From assembly GCA_023229045.1 (NCBI GenBank), contig JALOAB010000001.1, forward strand, positions 1 through 56,269: a stretch of DNA of 56,269 nt, in the 5' to 3' direction. Source of the stretch: Fidelibacterota bacterium. GTDB lineage: Bacteria; Fidelibacterota; UBA2242. The translations under genes and the position numbers were made by a program. The notes under the pieces are model-generated. The model did no database searches and had not been told where the DNA came from. It was given only the letters and a program-made list of their open reading frames with translations. Positions 26,103 through 38,321 of this stretch are shown piece after piece (positions within the stretch are counted from its first letter, which is position 1; the number at the start of each line of letters is the position of its first letter).

Positions 26103-29100
26103 TCAATTCTGATTCTCCGAATGCAATAGTTTATTGATTAATTCAAGCAGGTTTCCGACCTGAAACGGTTTCTGGATAAAATTCAGACTCTTATTTTTCT
26201 TTACCGAACGCATAATGGTTTCATCGGTATAGCCGCTATAAAGGATAACCGGGAGACCGGGATTGTCGCTTAAAATCTCTTCCGCAAGGTGAATGCCATT
26301 TTGATCCGGCAGTACGATATCAGAAAGAAGCAATTTGATCCGTCCTTTTTCTTTCCGGTATTGTTCAATGGCCTGTTTGGCGGTGGCCGCATCGATCGGT
26401 TTATAATTATTGTGACTAAGGATCGAAGCCGTGAATTTCAGAACTTCCGGATTATCTTCTACGATCAGGATCGCTTCACCATCTCCACGATAAATCTGGC
26501 TGTCGATAGGTTGTTCAATCGCTTCAGAGAGACCTTTATCAGTTATCGGGAAATAGACTTTCATAGTTGTGCCGCGATCAATTTCGCTCTCAATGTTAAT
26601 CCAGCCGTTGTGTTTTTTAATAATACCATAAACAACCAACAATCCCAAGCCAGTTCCCTTCCCCGGACCCTTGGTCGTAAAGAACGGATCGAAAGCTTTT
26701 TCGATAATTTCCTTCGACATGCCGATGCCAGTATCAGTAATTGAAAAGCAGACGAATTCACCCGTCCTGGAATTTGGAACTTTCTGAAGATCGCTTCTGG
26801 TTATAGCCACATCTTCGGTTTTAATGGTCAAAGTGCCGCCATTCGGCATGGCGTCCCGCGAATTTACGACCAGATTGAGGATAATCTGTTCCAGATTACC
26901 TTCGTCAGCTTCGATATTATTAAGAGGAGTTTTAAAATCCGTTACAATATTAATGTTACTACCAATGAGCCTTTGTACCATTTTTAGCAGATTAGATACC
27001 GTGTCATTAATATTGAGAGGTTTCAACTCCAGGGTTTGTTTCCGGCCGAAAAGTAATAACTGCTTGGTCAGAGTGGTTGCCTTTGAACAGGTATTCATGA
27101 TTTGTTTCAGACTAGAATATTCATGATCACTCTCATTCTTCTGCATCAGAAGGAGCTGGGCGTGTCCCTGGATAACGGTTAAAAGGTTATTAAAATCATG
27201 GGCGATTCCGCCGGCCAGATTACCGATAGCCTCAATTTTCTGAATTTGGGTTAACTGAGTTTGCAGTTCTTCTTTTTCGAGTTGTCTGATTTTTTGTTCC
27301 GTAATATCGCGAATAATTGTCAGTATCAGACGTTTCCCAGGTTCAATTTCAAAATGGGAATCGGACAGACTGAACCAGACTTTTTTACCATTATGCAGGA
27401 TCATTTCCATTTCAAAATTACTCTGCTCGGTATGTCCCTCAAAACGGCGGAGGTAATGCTCCATTTTCTGAGCCCGTTGCTCCTTGGCATATATCACAGT
27501 AAACGGCTTACCTTCTAGTTTCTTTTTGGAGATATTGACAATATTGCAGTAGGTATCGTTGGTCATTACAACGTTACCATTTTCATCGGTCAGGCGCATT
27601 CCATCCACTGATTTTTCCCACACCAGGCGGAAGTATCTTTCCGATTTGAGTCTTTCTTCCTCAGCCTGTTTTTGTTTGGTAACGTCGTCATAGACAACCA
27701 CCACCTCTCCGGTAGGCAATTTAAAGATATAGTTTTCCCGCCAGCCGGAAATCCGGTTATCCTTATAGAAATTAAGCGGAAATGATTCCGGTTTGCCGGT
27801 GCGCCATACCCTTTGAATGACCTCAAATAAACCGAAATCCTTTACTCCCGGAAATACCTGCTGGACGCTTTTGCCAATGATCTTCTCTCTTTTAACTTTC
27901 TCGATTTTTTCGCTGGCGCGGTTAAGATTCTGAATAATGAAATCAGCGCCATTATCGACAGCTTGATAAATCACTACGCCACTACCGATATATTCAAACA
28001 GATCTTTGAACTTTTCCTCACTTAATCGCAATGCGATTTCCGCATTCTTCCGTTCAGTGATCTCGGTATTTACACCGATTACCTCGTAATGGAATTCGTC
28101 AATCTTTTTGATCCGAGATTCTTCATACATCCAGTGAATCACACCCTTGGCGTCCCTTAAGCGAAATTCCTGGCTATATCGTTCAATCCCCTTTTTTAGA
28201 GCATTGAAACTGATCCGATCCATTGCCTTACGGTCTTCTTCAAGGATCGCGTAATAGTACATATCATTTAAATTATGCGATGGATAATCCGGCAGGAGGA
28301 TATTATACTTAATGGCTTCCAGGTAAAAGTAACGAGTTTCCCATAGAAATTCCTTTTCACCCGCTTTTGCATCCTTTTGTTTTACTACTTTCGAATGCCA
28401 CAGAATAGCCTGGGCGCTTTCCATTACCTGATTTAAATCTTCCTCAGCCTGCTTGCGGTCGGTGATATCCATCACGATTCCATACCAAACCGTCTTATTG
28501 TCATCTTCTCTTACCGGTTCGAAACTGGCAAATATCCAGATTTCGCCCTTTTTGGGATGAATGTATCTAAATTCACTCTGCAAGTACGAAAGTTGACGAG
28601 CGGATTCCTGAATTTCCTGAACGACGCGAGGTGCATCATTAGGATTAAAGTAATTTTTTAGCCTGGCAATGTCTTTTGCTAATTCATCAGCTGAAAATCC
28701 AAAAATGTCTTTAACACTGGGACTGGCATACGTCAAATAAGCCGTATTGTCGGATTCTATGCAAAACGAACAGATAGCACCCGGCGCGGTGTTGACTATC
28801 CGGGCAAATTTGTCGCGCTCTTCGCGGAGAGCTTCTTCGTACTCCTTGCGTTCGGTGACATCCCGGATGATCATACTGGTGCGAGGCTCGCCCCTACTAT
28901 TATTAAAGACGGCTGAGGTTATATCTGCGGTAAACTTAGACCCATCCTTTCTTTTCATGGTCAGTTCACCTTTGATAAAACCATCCCTGAGACGTTTTTC
29001 TAACAATTCAGTTAAATGTGGATCTTCATTATCGACAATACCATGCCTGCCAACTTCACAGATTTCCTTTTCGGTCATTCGGAACATTTCACAAGCCGCT

Positions 29101-31967
29101 TTATTCGCGGATAAAATCGGACCGTTGGGATCCGTGAGGAGGATGGCATCGACGCTATTATCCGTTATCAACCGGTAACGCTCTTCACTCTCACGGAGTT
29201 CTTCTTCGGCGCGTTTACGACTGGTAATATCGGTAATGACTCCGATTAATTCGAAATGAGTCTCATCGATCCGATTGATGCTAACGTCTTCGCGCATCCA
29301 GTGCAGATTATCATTGGCGTCCAGTAAACGGAACTCCTGTTCATATTTGTCAGCTTTTTCACGGAGCGCTTTGGCGCTGATTTTTTCCATAACCTGGCGA
29401 TCTTTTTCGAGAATGCTGGTGTGGTACCTTTCGCCCAGATCGCGATCGGGCGTGCCTGCTAATGGGATAAATTTTATAATATTTTCGAGGTTAATATAAT
29501 TTACATCCCAGGCGAAACCCAGACACCCTTCGGATTTGTCTTTCAGCTCGGTCACTTTCCCTCTCCAGAGAATGGCGTGGGCGCCTTCAGTTATCCGGCG
29601 GATATTTTCCTCGGCTTGTTTGCGTTCGGTTATATCCATTAGTTGAGCGATAGTCAGAATTTTGCCTTGTTTATCTTTAAATACTGTTGAGCTTATTTCT
29701 ACTCTTCTCTTCTCACCATTTTCCCGCACAACACTAAATTCATATCTATTCGGCACATCCTCACCTCGTTGACGTTTCTGATACATGTTCGCCACCAAGG
29801 TTTTACTATCACTATCCAGGAACTCCCTGAAATCATGCCCAACGATTTTCCCACGTAATCTATCCAATAGAGTACAAAGGGTATCATTAACGTAAATAAA
29901 CTTAAAATCCTCGCCAACTATCAGGATCCCATTTTGGGAATATTCCACAACCGAACGGTAGCGCTCTTCACTTTCTCTCAACGCCTCTTCGGCTCGTTTG
30001 CGCTCAGTAATGTCTCTGGCAATACTTAAAATGGCCGGCTTTTCATGATAAGTAATCAGACTCGAATACACCTCTACCGGGAAAGACCTTCCGTCTTTGC
30101 ATTTATGAGAGGTCTCAAATATCTGGATTTTATCTTTTGGCATTGACTTAGCCAGAGCCTGTATTTTTTCTCTTTTCAGGGATGAGTCAACTCCGTATAA
30201 TCCGATCTTCAATAACTCCGGCTTGGTATAGCCTAATTTTTCCAGAGCAGTCTGGTTTACATCAATGAGATCGCCGTTATAATCAATAATCCAGACCGTT
30301 TCGGTCATTCCATTGATTAATTCCCGATAGTGTTTCTCACTCTTCCTGAGAACCTCCTCGGCCTGCTTGAGGTCAGTAATATCCAGGGCGAAGCCGATTA
30401 GACCAACTGCATTGCCATTTTCATCTTGCATCGGAATCTTGTCGGTCTGCACCCATCTTGGACCACTGGCTGACTGATATTGCTCGATAATGTTCAGTTT
30501 GGGACGATTCGATTTTAAGACTTCACGGTCGTCATCTGTCATACTTTGAGCGATTTCCTTTGAATACAGATCGAAAACTGTTTTCCCTAAAAAATCGGCT
30601 TCATCCATACGGAGCATTTTTGCAAAGGCATTATTGACGCGAATAAACCGACCTTCTTTATCTTTGTAGAATATTAATACGGGTGAGGTATCTATTATGA
30701 GTTTAAGCTCTCTCTGCTCATTAACAATCACTTCCTGCAACCGCTTGCGTTCCGTAATATCCTGATTGACGCCAAACGTTCGGATGGTGCGCCCCTGATT
30801 ATCTTTAACGATAAAGAAATTGATCGACATCCAGCCGATTCCCCCGTCGGCATAAACGATTCGGTGTTCCAGTTGACGACTGAAATTCGGATCGGTGGTT
30901 TCGAGCGCTTTGCGGGTTTCAGCGGCTACCAGTTCCTGGTCATCGGGATATAAAAATCTTTTTGCATATTCTTCAGGGGTCATTTTATAACCGCCCACTT
31001 CCTCAGCGGTAGTATGAAATATAGCATAAAAATGATCGTCAAAGGTAAACAGGTTTTCAGCCACATCATAATCCCAGTAACCTAATTTTGCCATTTTGGC
31101 GGCTTTTGAGAGGCGATTCTGGCTTTCCTGCAGAGATGCTTCCGCGATTTTACGGGCGGTTATATCCTCAACGCTACCCTCATAATACAGGATTTTTCCA
31201 TCATTATCATAAAATGCACTGGCACTTTCCAAGACAAAGATGAAAGAGCCATCCTTCCTTTGCCAGGCGGATTCCCAATCCGTAATTTTGCCTTCCTTAT
31301 CCAAAATACTTTTAAACTTTGCCCGTGAATAATCAGAATGATAGCCTTCCTTTTCCAGATTACGTTTTGCCATTTCTTCCAAAGAATCATAACCGAGCAT
31401 TTTTAGTAAAGCCGGATTGGCCATTAGAATTATGCCATCCGGGGTGGTGCGATAGAGTCCGATCGTCATATTTTCAAAAATCGATTTATAGCGCGACTCA
31501 CTATCTTCCAGCTTATGAATGATACGCTCGTTATAAAGCTTAAAAACATCCTCTTCTTTTTTAAATTTTAACTGAGTGACATCCAAAGTGCCGTTGCTTC
31601 CTTTTTCTATCAAATTCCGAATAATATTCAGAAATGAATCCGTATCGACCGGTTTGCGCACAAAGCGGTTCGCTCCCAGTTTAATCGCAAAAATCTCATC
31701 CTGGCGGGTGGTAAAGGTAGCCGAATAAATGATTATCGGAATATGCATCCATCTTTTATCGGACTTGATCTGCTTACATAACATATAGCCATCCATTTCC
31801 GGCATCAAAATATCCGTTATAATCAGATCTACCGATTGTTTTTCCAGCACTTCCAGAGCTTCCTTGCCATTGGCGGTGCCCAGCACCTGATAGCCATTCT
31901 TTTCAAGAAAAGTTGCCAGCATAGTACGACCGTCGAGCATATCGTCGACTATCAGTATCGTCATCAT
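26103..31967 (-). CDS. giant hybrid histidine kinase: N-terminal REC, 11 PAS/PAC modules, HisKA, HATPase, C-terminal REC
   Basis: 1954 aa. REC1 has ILIVDDM and [14 protein letters not shown] count 11 PAC-end signatures D[IV]T-x-[RQL]-K, at residues 268, 403, 529, 652, 778, 912, 1036, 1167, 1302, 1428 and 1554. The H-box is [15 protein letters not shown], and the ATPase motifs are [16 protein letters not shown] and GTGLGL. REC2 has [10 protein letters not shown] and [13 protein letters not shown]. Confidence 0.9.
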   Translation of the reverse strand: MMTILIVDDMLDGRTMLATFLEKNGYQVLGTANGKEALEVLEKQSVDLIITDILMPEMDGYMLCKQIKSDKRWMHIPIIIYSATFTTRQDEIFAIKLGANRFVRKPVDTDSFLNIIRNLIEKGSNGTLDVTQLKFKKEEDVFKLYNERIIHKLEDSESRYKSIFENMTIGLYRTTPDGIILMANPALLKMLGYDSLEEMAKRNLEKEGYHSDYSRAKFKSILDKEGKITDWESAWQRKDGSFIFVLESASAFYDNDGKILYYEGSVEDITARKIAEASLQESQNRLSKAAKMAKLGYWDYDVAENLFTFDDHFYAIFHTTAEEVGGYKMTPEEYAKRFLYPDDQELVAAETRKALETTDPNFSRQLEHRIVYADGGIGWMSINFFIVKDNQGRTIRTFGVNQDITERKRLQEVIVNEQRELKLIIDTSPVLIFYKDKEGRFIRVNNAFAKMLRMDEADFLGKTVFDLYSKEIAQSMTDDDREVLKSNRPKLNIIEQYQSASGPRWVQTDKIPMQDENGNAVGLIGFALDITDLKQAEEVLRKSEKHYRELINGMTETVWIIDYNGDLIDVNQTALEKLGYTKPELLKIGLYGVDSSLKREKIQALAKSMPKDKIQIFETSHKCKDGRSFPVEVYSSLITYHEKPAILSIARDITERKRAEEALRESEERYRSVVEYSQNGILIVGEDFKFIYVNDTLCTLLDRLRGKIVGHDFREFLDSDSKTLVANMYQKRQRGEDVPNRYEFSVVRENGEKRRVEISSTVFKDKQGKILTIAQLMDITERKQAEENIRRITEGAHAILWRGKVTELKDKSEGCLGFAWDVNYINLENIIKFIPLAGTPDRDLGERYHTSILEKDRQVMEKISAKALREKADKYEQEFRLLDANDNLHWMREDVSINRIDETHFELIGVITDITSRKRAEEELRESEERYRLITDNSVDAILLTDPNGPILSANKAACEMFRMTEKEICEVGRHGIVDNEDPHLTELLEKRLRDGFIKGELTMKRKDGSKFTADITSAVFNNSRGEPRTSMIIRDVTERKEYEEALREERDKFARIVNTAPGAICSFCIESDNTAYLTYASPSVKDIFGFSADELAKDIARLKNYFNPNDAPRVVQEIQESARQLSYLQSEFRYIHPKKGEIWIFASFEPVREDDNKTVWYGIVMDITDRKQAEEDLNQVMESAQAILWHSKVVKQKDAKAGEKEFLWETRYFYLEAIKYNILLPDYPSHNLNDMYYYAILEEDRKAMDRISFNALKKGIERYSQEFRLRDAKGVIHWMYEESRIKKIDEFHYEVIGVNTEITERKNAEIALRLSEEKFKDLFEYIGSGVVIYQAVDNGADFIIQNLNRASEKIEKVKREKIIGKSVQQVFPGVKDFGLFEVIQRVWRTGKPESFPLNFYKDNRISGWRENYIFKLPTGEVVVVYDDVTKQKQAEEERLKSERYFRLVWEKSVDGMRLTDENGNVVMTNDTYCNIVNISKKKLEGKPFTVIYAKEQRAQKMEHYLRRFEGHTEQSNFEMEMILHNGKKVWFSLSDSHFEIEPGKRLILTIIRDITEQKIRQLEKEELQTQLTQIQKIEAIGNLAGGIAHDFNNLLTVIQGHAQLLLMQKNESDHEYSSLKQIMNTCSKATTLTKQLLLFGRKQTLELKPLNINDTVSNLLKMVQRLIGSNINIVTDFKTPLNNIEADEGNLEQIILNLVVNSRDAMPNGGTLTIKTEDVAITRSDLQKVPNSRTGEFVCFSITDTGIGMSKEIIEKAFDPFFTTKGPGKGTGLGLLVVYGIIKKHNGWINIESEIDRGTTMKVYFPITDKGLSEAIEQPIDSQIYRGDGEAILIVEDNPEVLKFTASILSHNNYKPIDAATAKQAIEQYRKEKGRIKLLLSDIVLPDQNGIHLAEEILSDNPGLPVILYSGYTDETIMRSVKKNKSLNFIQKPFQVGNLLELINKLLHSENQN

Positions 31968-33070
31968 AGATTACTCCTAACATTTTGGGAAATTTTGGGA
32001 AAGGAAATCGAGACTTTGGTACCGTGTTCACGCGGATATTCCTGAATATCACGGGATTCAACTTCGATCTTACCGCCGTAAAAATCGACAAAAGACTTAA
32101 TCAGAGGCATCCCAAATCCGGTTCCGGTTTCACCGTTAGTCCCCGGCCGGCTGGTGCTCTTGGAAATGTCAAATATCTGCGACAACAGATTGGCGGGCAT
32201 TCCTATTCCGTGATCTTCAAATATCATAACTATATCATCATCGTGTTCATTAGCGACGACTTCGACCTGTCCCCCTTCATATGAAAATTTCAGAGCGTTG
32301 GTCAGGATATTATTGATTACCGAATTTATTAACGAACGCTTCTCTGCCATGACCTGGAGACTTTCTTCGATATTGATTACCAGTTCCACATTTTTGCTTT
32401 CAAAGCGATCACCAAGTAATATAACCGATTCCTGGATACTTTCATACAGATTGACTCTTTCAAGTGGGATCGATTTTTCCTGCAGATTGCGCATCTCCCG
32501 CACCAGATTGATGATGTCGATGCCATGTGTGGTAGCGCTTTTAATTTTACCCAGATAATCGGTCTTCTGCGCATCGGATTTTATCAAACTGAGTGCAAAA
32601 TTGATTACGGAAAAATGATTGGCCAGATCGTGACTTAAAATATGTAATAGCTCCTTCTGCTCGCGGTTCTGTTTCAGGATTAAATCCTTTTGTTCTTTTA
32701 TCAGAATCTGAGTGTTGACGCGGGCTAAAAGTTCGTGTGGATTGAACGGTTTGGTCAAATAATCGACGCCGCCGGCTTCAAATCCTTTTACGATGTCTTC
32801 CGATTCGGTGCGGGCAGTCAGAAATATTACCGGTATATCACGGGTTTCAGGATCGCGTTTCAGTTCTTCACAAACCTGGTAGCCGTCCATGCCTGGCATC
32901 ATGATATCAAGGAAAATTAAATCCGGCGCGCTCTTTTGCACGATCTTCAGGGTCAGCGGTCCGTTATTAGCTACCTTGACATTGTAATTTCCGACCAGCA
33001 AGCCCTTTAATAAGTCTAAATTCGTCGCTACATCATCAACGATCAAAATAGTATGTTTTTTATTCTCCAT
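31964..33070 (-). CDS. REC-histidine kinase fusion (receiver, HisKA-like, HATPase)
   Basis: 368 aa. The receiver has ILIVDDVATN, LIFLDIMMPGMDG and TKPF. The H-box-like segment is LHILSHDLANH, and the ATPase motifs are NILTNALKFS, DHGIGMP and GTGFGMP. Its stop overlaps the next start (ATGA). Confidence 0.85.
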   Translation of the reverse strand: MENKKHTILIVDDVATNLDLLKGLLVGNYNVKVANNGPLTLKIVQKSAPDLIFLDIMMPGMDGYQVCEELKRDPETRDIPVIFLTARTESEDIVKGFEAGGVDYLTKPFNPHELLARVNTQILIKEQKDLILKQNREQKELLHILSHDLANHFSVINFALSLIKSDAQKTDYLGKIKSATTHGIDIINLVREMRNLQEKSIPLERVNLYESIQESVILLGDRFESKNVELVINIEESLQVMAEKRSLINSVINNILTNALKFSYEGGQVEVVANEHDDDIVMIFEDHGIGMPANLLSQIFDISKSTSRPGTNGETGTGFGMPLIKSFVDFYGGKIEVESRDIQEYPREHGTKVSISFPKISQNVRSNL

Positions 33071-33071
33071 A

Positions 33072-36000
33072 TTAACTCTTTTTGATCTCTTCTTTTTGTT
33101 CGATGAATTTTTCTAACATACTTAAAGCCCGGTCGTAATCATATTTTTCAATCGACTCGGCGATGTTGTTTAAATCCGCCGGTGGTATCGACCGGCTTAA
33201 TTCACTCTCGAGTACCCGAAAGACATCCCCGGCTCTGGCATCGTATTCAGACAGTAAATCTTTTAATTCTTTAATTCTCTCTCCGGGATCAACTGGCTTT
33301 TTGGCCTTTTTTTCAGGCTTCGCGGCAATGGTATTATCTACCGGCAAATCAGCGCTGTTAATGGCATTCCGGACAAAATCGAGTTCGATTTTCAATTGGT
33401 CAATCAGCTGTTTGATGCTTACCGAATCCGTTTTTCCCGATTTCAACTCAGCGTTAAGCGTCGATGCGACTTTGTGTAGATTTTGGGCTCCGATATTACC
33501 CGAGCTTCCCTTCAGAGTATGTAACAGATGTTCGGCCGCATCAATATTATTCTGAGCGACGTAAGATTCTAGTTTTTCGATTACATCACGATTTTCCTTC
33601 GAAAAATTCCGCAGAATCCGGTTATACAAGGGAATATTTCCGGCGACGCGCTTCAGACCTGAGTAGGTATCAATGCCGGGTATCGGTGGAAAATTACCAG
33701 GCGCGGTCATTCCGACATCGATTCTTTCTTTACTTTTTCGCTTAACCGATTTCGGCGGGATCCATTTCACCAGCATCTTATACACTTCGCTGGGATCGAT
33801 GGGCTTGGTAATGTAGTCATTCATACCCGCTTCCAGGGCGACAGTTTTGACATCGCTCATCGCATCGGCCGTAAGGGCAATTATCGGCAGGTTTTCAAAG
33901 CCCGGGATCCGACGGATCTGTTGGGTGGCTTGATATCCATCCAGTACCGGCATTTCGAGGTCCATAAATATTAAATCATATTCGGCGGGCGAACTCGCGT
34001 GGCATTTCCGGACGGCAACCTGGCCGTTTTCTGCAATCATGACCCGTAATCCATTGGTAGTCAGCAGTTCACTGGTGACCTGCTGATTGATTTCATTATC
34101 CTCGACCAGCATAATTTTAGCGCCCTGGATAAGCGACAATTCACTCCTGAAAAATTGACCGCGAGTTGACTCGCGTTTCCGCTTCGACGCGCCTTTGCCG
34201 AAAACCTGCATAATCGTATCAAACAGCGTCGAATAACTGACCGGTTTTAGCAGGAAGGCGTCGATGCCGACTTTTTCAATATTCTGCAACACCTCTTCCT
34301 GGCTATAGGCGCTGACCATGATGATCGCCGGAGTATGTGGGATTTTGGTATCTTTGCGAATCATCTTGATAGTTTCGATGCCATCCATTGCGGGCATTTT
34401 CCAGTCGATCAGAAGTAGCTGAAAAGGTTCTATTAGGTTTTTCCTGATCAATTGGATAGCCGCTTCTCCTGAATCGGCTTCGGTTACCTTGAAACTATAG
34501 GCATCCAGCATCTCACGGATGATCAGCCGGGCATTCTTATTATCATCACAAACCAGCACTTTCATTCCGCGCAGATCCGGTGAGGGAATAAATTCTTCCG
34601 CTTTCCTGTCAATCTGCTTTTTAAAATTAGCCGTAAAATAAAAGGTGCTACCTTCGCCTAGAGCACTTTCCACCCAGATCTCGCCGTTCATCAATTCGGT
34701 CAACTGTTTTGAGATTGCCAACCCCAGACCGGTGCCGCCATAACGGCGTGTAGTGGAAGAATCGGCTTGGGTGAAAGAGCGGAATAATGTATCCTGCTGT
34801 TCTTTCGTTAGTCCGATTCCGGTATCTTTAATCGAAAAACGGATTTTCACCTGATTATCATTATCTTCGGCCAGTTCAGCACGCACTAAAATTTCACCGC
34901 TCTCAGTGAATTTGACCGCATTATTGGTCAAATTGACCAGAATCTGGTGCAAACGTAAAGGATCGCCAATTAAAAAGCGGGGAACGTTCCTATCAATAGC
35001 GAAGATAGTTTCTAGATTTTTCTGATGGGCTTTGAAGGTTATGATATTGGCGGTATCCTGAAAGACTTTCTCCAGATTAAAATCGACCTCTTCCAGTTTT
35101 AATTTGCGAGCTTCGATTTTCGAGAAATCCAGAATATCATTGATGATCTCGAGTAAATTCTGAGCGGAAGATTTTATTTTGGTAATATAATCAAATTGTT
35201 TGGCGTCCATCTCAGTCTGCAAAGCCAGATGACTCAAACCGATAATGGCATTCATCGGGGTGCGGATCTCATGACTCATATTAGCCAGGAAATCACTCTT
35301 AGCCCGCGCGGCTTCCAGGGCTTTTTCGCGGGCCTGAATCAGTTCCGCTTCCATAGTTTTTATTTTTGTAATATCTACAAAGACATCCAGTAAAACATGT
35401 TCACCATCAATCATGATCGGGACCGCGCTGAGCAGAACCGGAATAGTCTCATGGTTTTTCTTAGTAATCCTTGTTTCCTGCTTATCAATCACCTGCTTTG
35501 GATTAAGAATAGTGTGAGAATCTTGTTCAGTGATACATAATACTTCATTACATTTTTGCCCGATTAACTCGGTGGTTAAATTGTATCCAAGCAAATCGAT
35601 CGTGGCCTGGTTAACATCCCGGATAGTGTCATCCTGATTAATAAGTATTACCGGAAAAGGCATGGATTCGATGATAATTCTCAATGACATTCGGGATTGC
35701 TCCAATGTCATCGCAATTTTTTTTCGTTGCTCTATTTCATTAACGAGATCGGTGGTGCGTTCAGCGACCCGCTTTTCCAGTTCGGCATTAAGATTTTTAA
35801 TCTGTTCTTCGATCAGCTTTTGGGCGGTAACGTCGGTAACCACCACCACCCGCGCATTACGATCTTTATATTCAATATCGTTTGAGCAGGTAACGACCGA
35901 AATCACAGCGCCGTCTTTTTTAACATGGCGCCATTCGCCAGTATTTTTATAACCGTGTAAACTATTGACTACCTCAGCGATTTTTTCCTGATCTTCTTCC

Positions 36001-37697
36001 GGATACAAATCGGGCAGGCGCAGAGTTAATATCTCATCCTGAGAATAACCATAGTATTCCAGGAATGCTTCATTAACGGCCAGAATCTTGTGGGTAAACC
36101 TTTCGTAAATCAGAATCGGAGCCGGATTGGACTCAAAAAGCAGACGGTAGCGGGATTCACTTTCCAGCAGAGATTGTTGCGCTTTCTTCTGTTCGGTAAT
36201 ATTCTGAACAGCGCCATGAATGCCAACCAGTCGGTTTTTTTCATAATCCCAGACAGGTTGGGCATAAATCCGGAGCCAGATCATCGTGTTATCTTTTGTA
36301 AAAAAACGGATTTCGGACTGGATCGATTCATTCGCCGCTAATTTTTTAAAATCATTATCATCAGTAACGAGATCGTCTTTATGTAATCGGGCTCGCCAAC
36401 CGCCGCTATCAACGAATTCCTGAAACGTGAATCCGGTGATTGACTCAAACGCGCCGCCAACCCAATCCATTGTCAATTCACCATTTTCCTCTACCTTGGC
36501 AGAAAAGACATAATCAGAGACAACCGATGAAATCCGGCGGTAGCGCTTCTCGCTTTGCTTTACTAACTCTTCAAAATGTATTCTTTCTGTGATATCGGCT
36601 ACGATTCCCTGTAAATGAGTAATAGCACCATTTTCATCTCTAATAATAAATGTCCAATCATTGACCCATTTTATTTCACCGGCTTTGGTTACGATCCGAT
36701 AAGGTTCATGTTTATATTTCGTTGTATCGGGAGATTCACTATTTTTACGGACTTCTTCGGCTACTCTCTTTGAATCATCGGGATGGATGCACTCTTCGTA
36801 TGAGATATTTTTATTGATAAGTTCTTCGTTTGTATAGCCTAACAGATTATGGACGCTTTCCGACGCAAACGTCACCGGCCAGCCGGGTTCATTCCGCCAG
36901 GTAAAAGCCACCACCGGACTGCGATTGATGATCGTGTTAGCTTCGCGGAGTTTCTCGGCGGCTTTTTTCTGTTCGGTTTGCCATTTTTGAATCTGCTCCA
37001 GCATTGCGTTAAATCCGTCGTAAAGCGTCCCGATTTCATCCTGGGTAGCCTTGGGCAGACGGATTGAATAATCATGTTCAGCTGAGATTTTCTTGGTCGT
37101 CTCGACTAAATCCAGAAGCGGGCGGGAAACCGTTTTACCAGTATAAAAAGCCAGAAGCAGAGCCAGGCTAAGTCCGACTATCAATACCAATCCGCCCAGA
37201 CCGAGACTTTTTATAATCGTTTTCAATAAACGATGCATTTTATATCGAATCATTAAATATCCAACCGGCATCTCGTCCTGCTTTAACTGCATGGAGTAGA
37301 TCAGGTAACGAGCGCCAACCCGATAATTATCAGGTTCGTAAAAAGGATAACTATAATCCTCAAATTCTGTGCGTGCATAAGAAGCAAACAGGTTTTTGTC
37401 CGAATCAAGAATCCAAGCGTTAACGATCTCATACTCAGAGCGTAATGAGGCTAATATTTCATTAGCCGCCGCGGAATCCATAAAAATTAGCGCTGGAATC
37501 GAGTTGGCGCCGACGATGTTGGCGGTGGATTTCAGACTTTGGATAGTTGTTCGTTGATAGTTAATCTGATCTGAAATGACCTGAAAAACGATAAATATGG
37601 CGATGACTGCGCTGACCGTAATCAACTGGATAATAATCAGTTTCTTCCTGAAAGGCAGTTTCTGAAATATTTCCCAGAGTCGTATTTTCAGTTTCAT
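33072..37697 (-). CDS. hybrid sensor histidine kinase: TM, ~130-aa extracytoplasmic sensor (YfiN/CHASE8-like), TM, HAMP, 4-5 PAS, HisKA, HATPase, 2 REC, HPt
   Basis: 1541 aa with two TM helices flanking residues ~45-165, followed by HAMP (RPLLDLV...[13 protein letters not shown]). The H-box is [18 protein letters not shown], and the ATPase motifs are [16 protein letters not shown] and GGTGLGL. The receivers have VLVCDDN...[13 protein letters not shown] and [10 protein letters not shown]...[13 protein letters not shown]. The HPt motif is [12 protein letters not shown]. Confidence 0.88.
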   Translation of the reverse strand: MKLKIRLWEIFQKLPFRKKLIIIQLITVSAVIAIFIVFQVISDQINYQRTTIQSLKSTANIVGANSIPALIFMDSAAANEILASLRSEYEIVNAWILDSDKNLFASYARTEFEDYSYPFYEPDNYRVGARYLIYSMQLKQDEMPVGYLMIRYKMHRLLKTIIKSLGLGGLVLIVGLSLALLLAFYTGKTVSRPLLDLVETTKKISAEHDYSIRLPKATQDEIGTLYDGFNAMLEQIQKWQTEQKKAAEKLREANTIINRSPVVAFTWRNEPGWPVTFASESVHNLLGYTNEELINKNISYEECIHPDDSKRVAEEVRKNSESPDTTKYKHEPYRIVTKAGEIKWVNDWTFIIRDENGAITHLQGIVADITERIHFEELVKQSEKRYRRISSVVSDYVFSAKVEENGELTMDWVGGAFESITGFTFQEFVDSGGWRARLHKDDLVTDDNDFKKLAANESIQSEIRFFTKDNTMIWLRIYAQPVWDYEKNRLVGIHGAVQNITEQKKAQQSLLESESRYRLLFESNPAPILIYERFTHKILAVNEAFLEYYGYSQDEILTLRLPDLYPEEDQEKIAEVVNSLHGYKNTGEWRHVKKDGAVISVVTCSNDIEYKDRNARVVVVTDVTAQKLIEEQIKNLNAELEKRVAERTTDLVNEIEQRKKIAMTLEQSRMSLRIIIESMPFPVILINQDDTIRDVNQATIDLLGYNLTTELIGQKCNEVLCITEQDSHTILNPKQVIDKQETRITKKNHETIPVLLSAVPIMIDGEHVLLDVFVDITKIKTMEAELIQAREKALEAARAKSDFLANMSHEIRTPMNAIIGLSHLALQTEMDAKQFDYITKIKSSAQNLLEIINDILDFSKIEARKLKLEEVDFNLEKVFQDTANIITFKAHQKNLETIFAIDRNVPRFLIGDPLRLHQILVNLTNNAVKFTESGEILVRAELAEDNDNQVKIRFSIKDTGIGLTKEQQDTLFRSFTQADSSTTRRYGGTGLGLAISKQLTELMNGEIWVESALGEGSTFYFTANFKKQIDRKAEEFIPSPDLRGMKVLVCDDNKNARLIIREMLDAYSFKVTEADSGEAAIQLIRKNLIEPFQLLLIDWKMPAMDGIETIKMIRKDTKIPHTPAIIMVSAYSQEEVLQNIEKVGIDAFLLKPVSYSTLFDTIMQVFGKGASKRKRESTRGQFFRSELSLIQGAKIMLVEDNEINQQVTSELLTTNGLRVMIAENGQVAVRKCHASSPAEYDLIFMDLEMPVLDGYQATQQIRRIPGFENLPIIALTADAMSDVKTVALEAGMNDYITKPIDPSEVYKMLVKWIPPKSVKRKSKERIDVGMTAPGNFPPIPGIDTYSGLKRVAGNIPLYNRILRNFSKENRDVIEKLESYVAQNNIDAAEHLLHTLKGSSGNIGAQNLHKVASTLNAELKSGKTDSVSIKQLIDQLKIELDFVRNAINSADLPVDNTIAAKPEKKAKKPVDPGERIKELKDLLSEYDARAGDVFRVLESELSRSIPPADLNNIAESIEKYDYDRALSMLEKFIEQKEEIKKS

Positions 37698-37735
37698 AAC
37701 AGATTCATCCTTTTATAGATGAGGTTGGCGCTGTG

Positions 37736-38278
37736 TCATTCGATAATGCGGGCTAATTTTAATAACTGCGAGCTGGCTTTTAGTCCGGCGTTTTCCAATT
37801 TAACCGGATTCATTTCAAATTTTACCATATCATCCTGGATAAAGAAATTGATCATAACACCTCGTTTACAGAATCCTGTGGTACTGGCGATGGTCAATGT
37901 TCTGCGATTGGCAATCTGTTTCAATATCGCCTCAAGCTGAGTATTTTTGGATTCGGCGATATATAAGATGTGACAGTATTTTAGTTCCCGCAGACTTTTA
38001 TAATGTTTAATTTGAATAGGCAGTTTTCCGACCAGTTTTTTTTCAGCCATCTGCTGAAATGAACTGATAATTTCGTCGTCGCCCAGGACGCCAATTATGA
38101 AAGCCTGATCTTTTTCGATCTGCGGCCAGGCGATATACTTGGTGAAATTATATACAAAAGCCGTTTTTAAATTGTTTAATTCAGGTCCGGGATTTAATGG
38201 CAGATGGGCTTTTGTGGATGCAATAACGGCGAGTAGAAAGCCGAGTATTTTCAAAAGAGTACTATTTTTAAATCGCAT
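37736..38278 (-). CDS. YfiR-like periplasmic protein (DUF4154)
   Basis: 180 aa with a signal peptide. Its pattern (AFVYNFTKYIAWP, IIGVLGDD, HILYI, LTIAST, GVMINF, KFEMNPVKLENAGLKASSQLLKLA) matches the YfiR/DUF4154 family as I remember it. Confidence 0.7.
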   Translation of the reverse strand: MRFKNSTLLKILGFLLAVIASTKAHLPLNPGPELNNLKTAFVYNFTKYIAWPQIEKDQAFIIGVLGDDEIISSFQQMAEKKLVGKLPIQIKHYKSLRELKYCHILYIAESKNTQLEAILKQIANRRTLTIASTTGFCKRGVMINFFIQDDMVKFEMNPVKLENAGLKASSQLLKLARIIE

Positions 38279-38321
38279 GTAAAAGTACGAATCTCATATT
38301 ATCGCGGAAGAGTTTATCATT

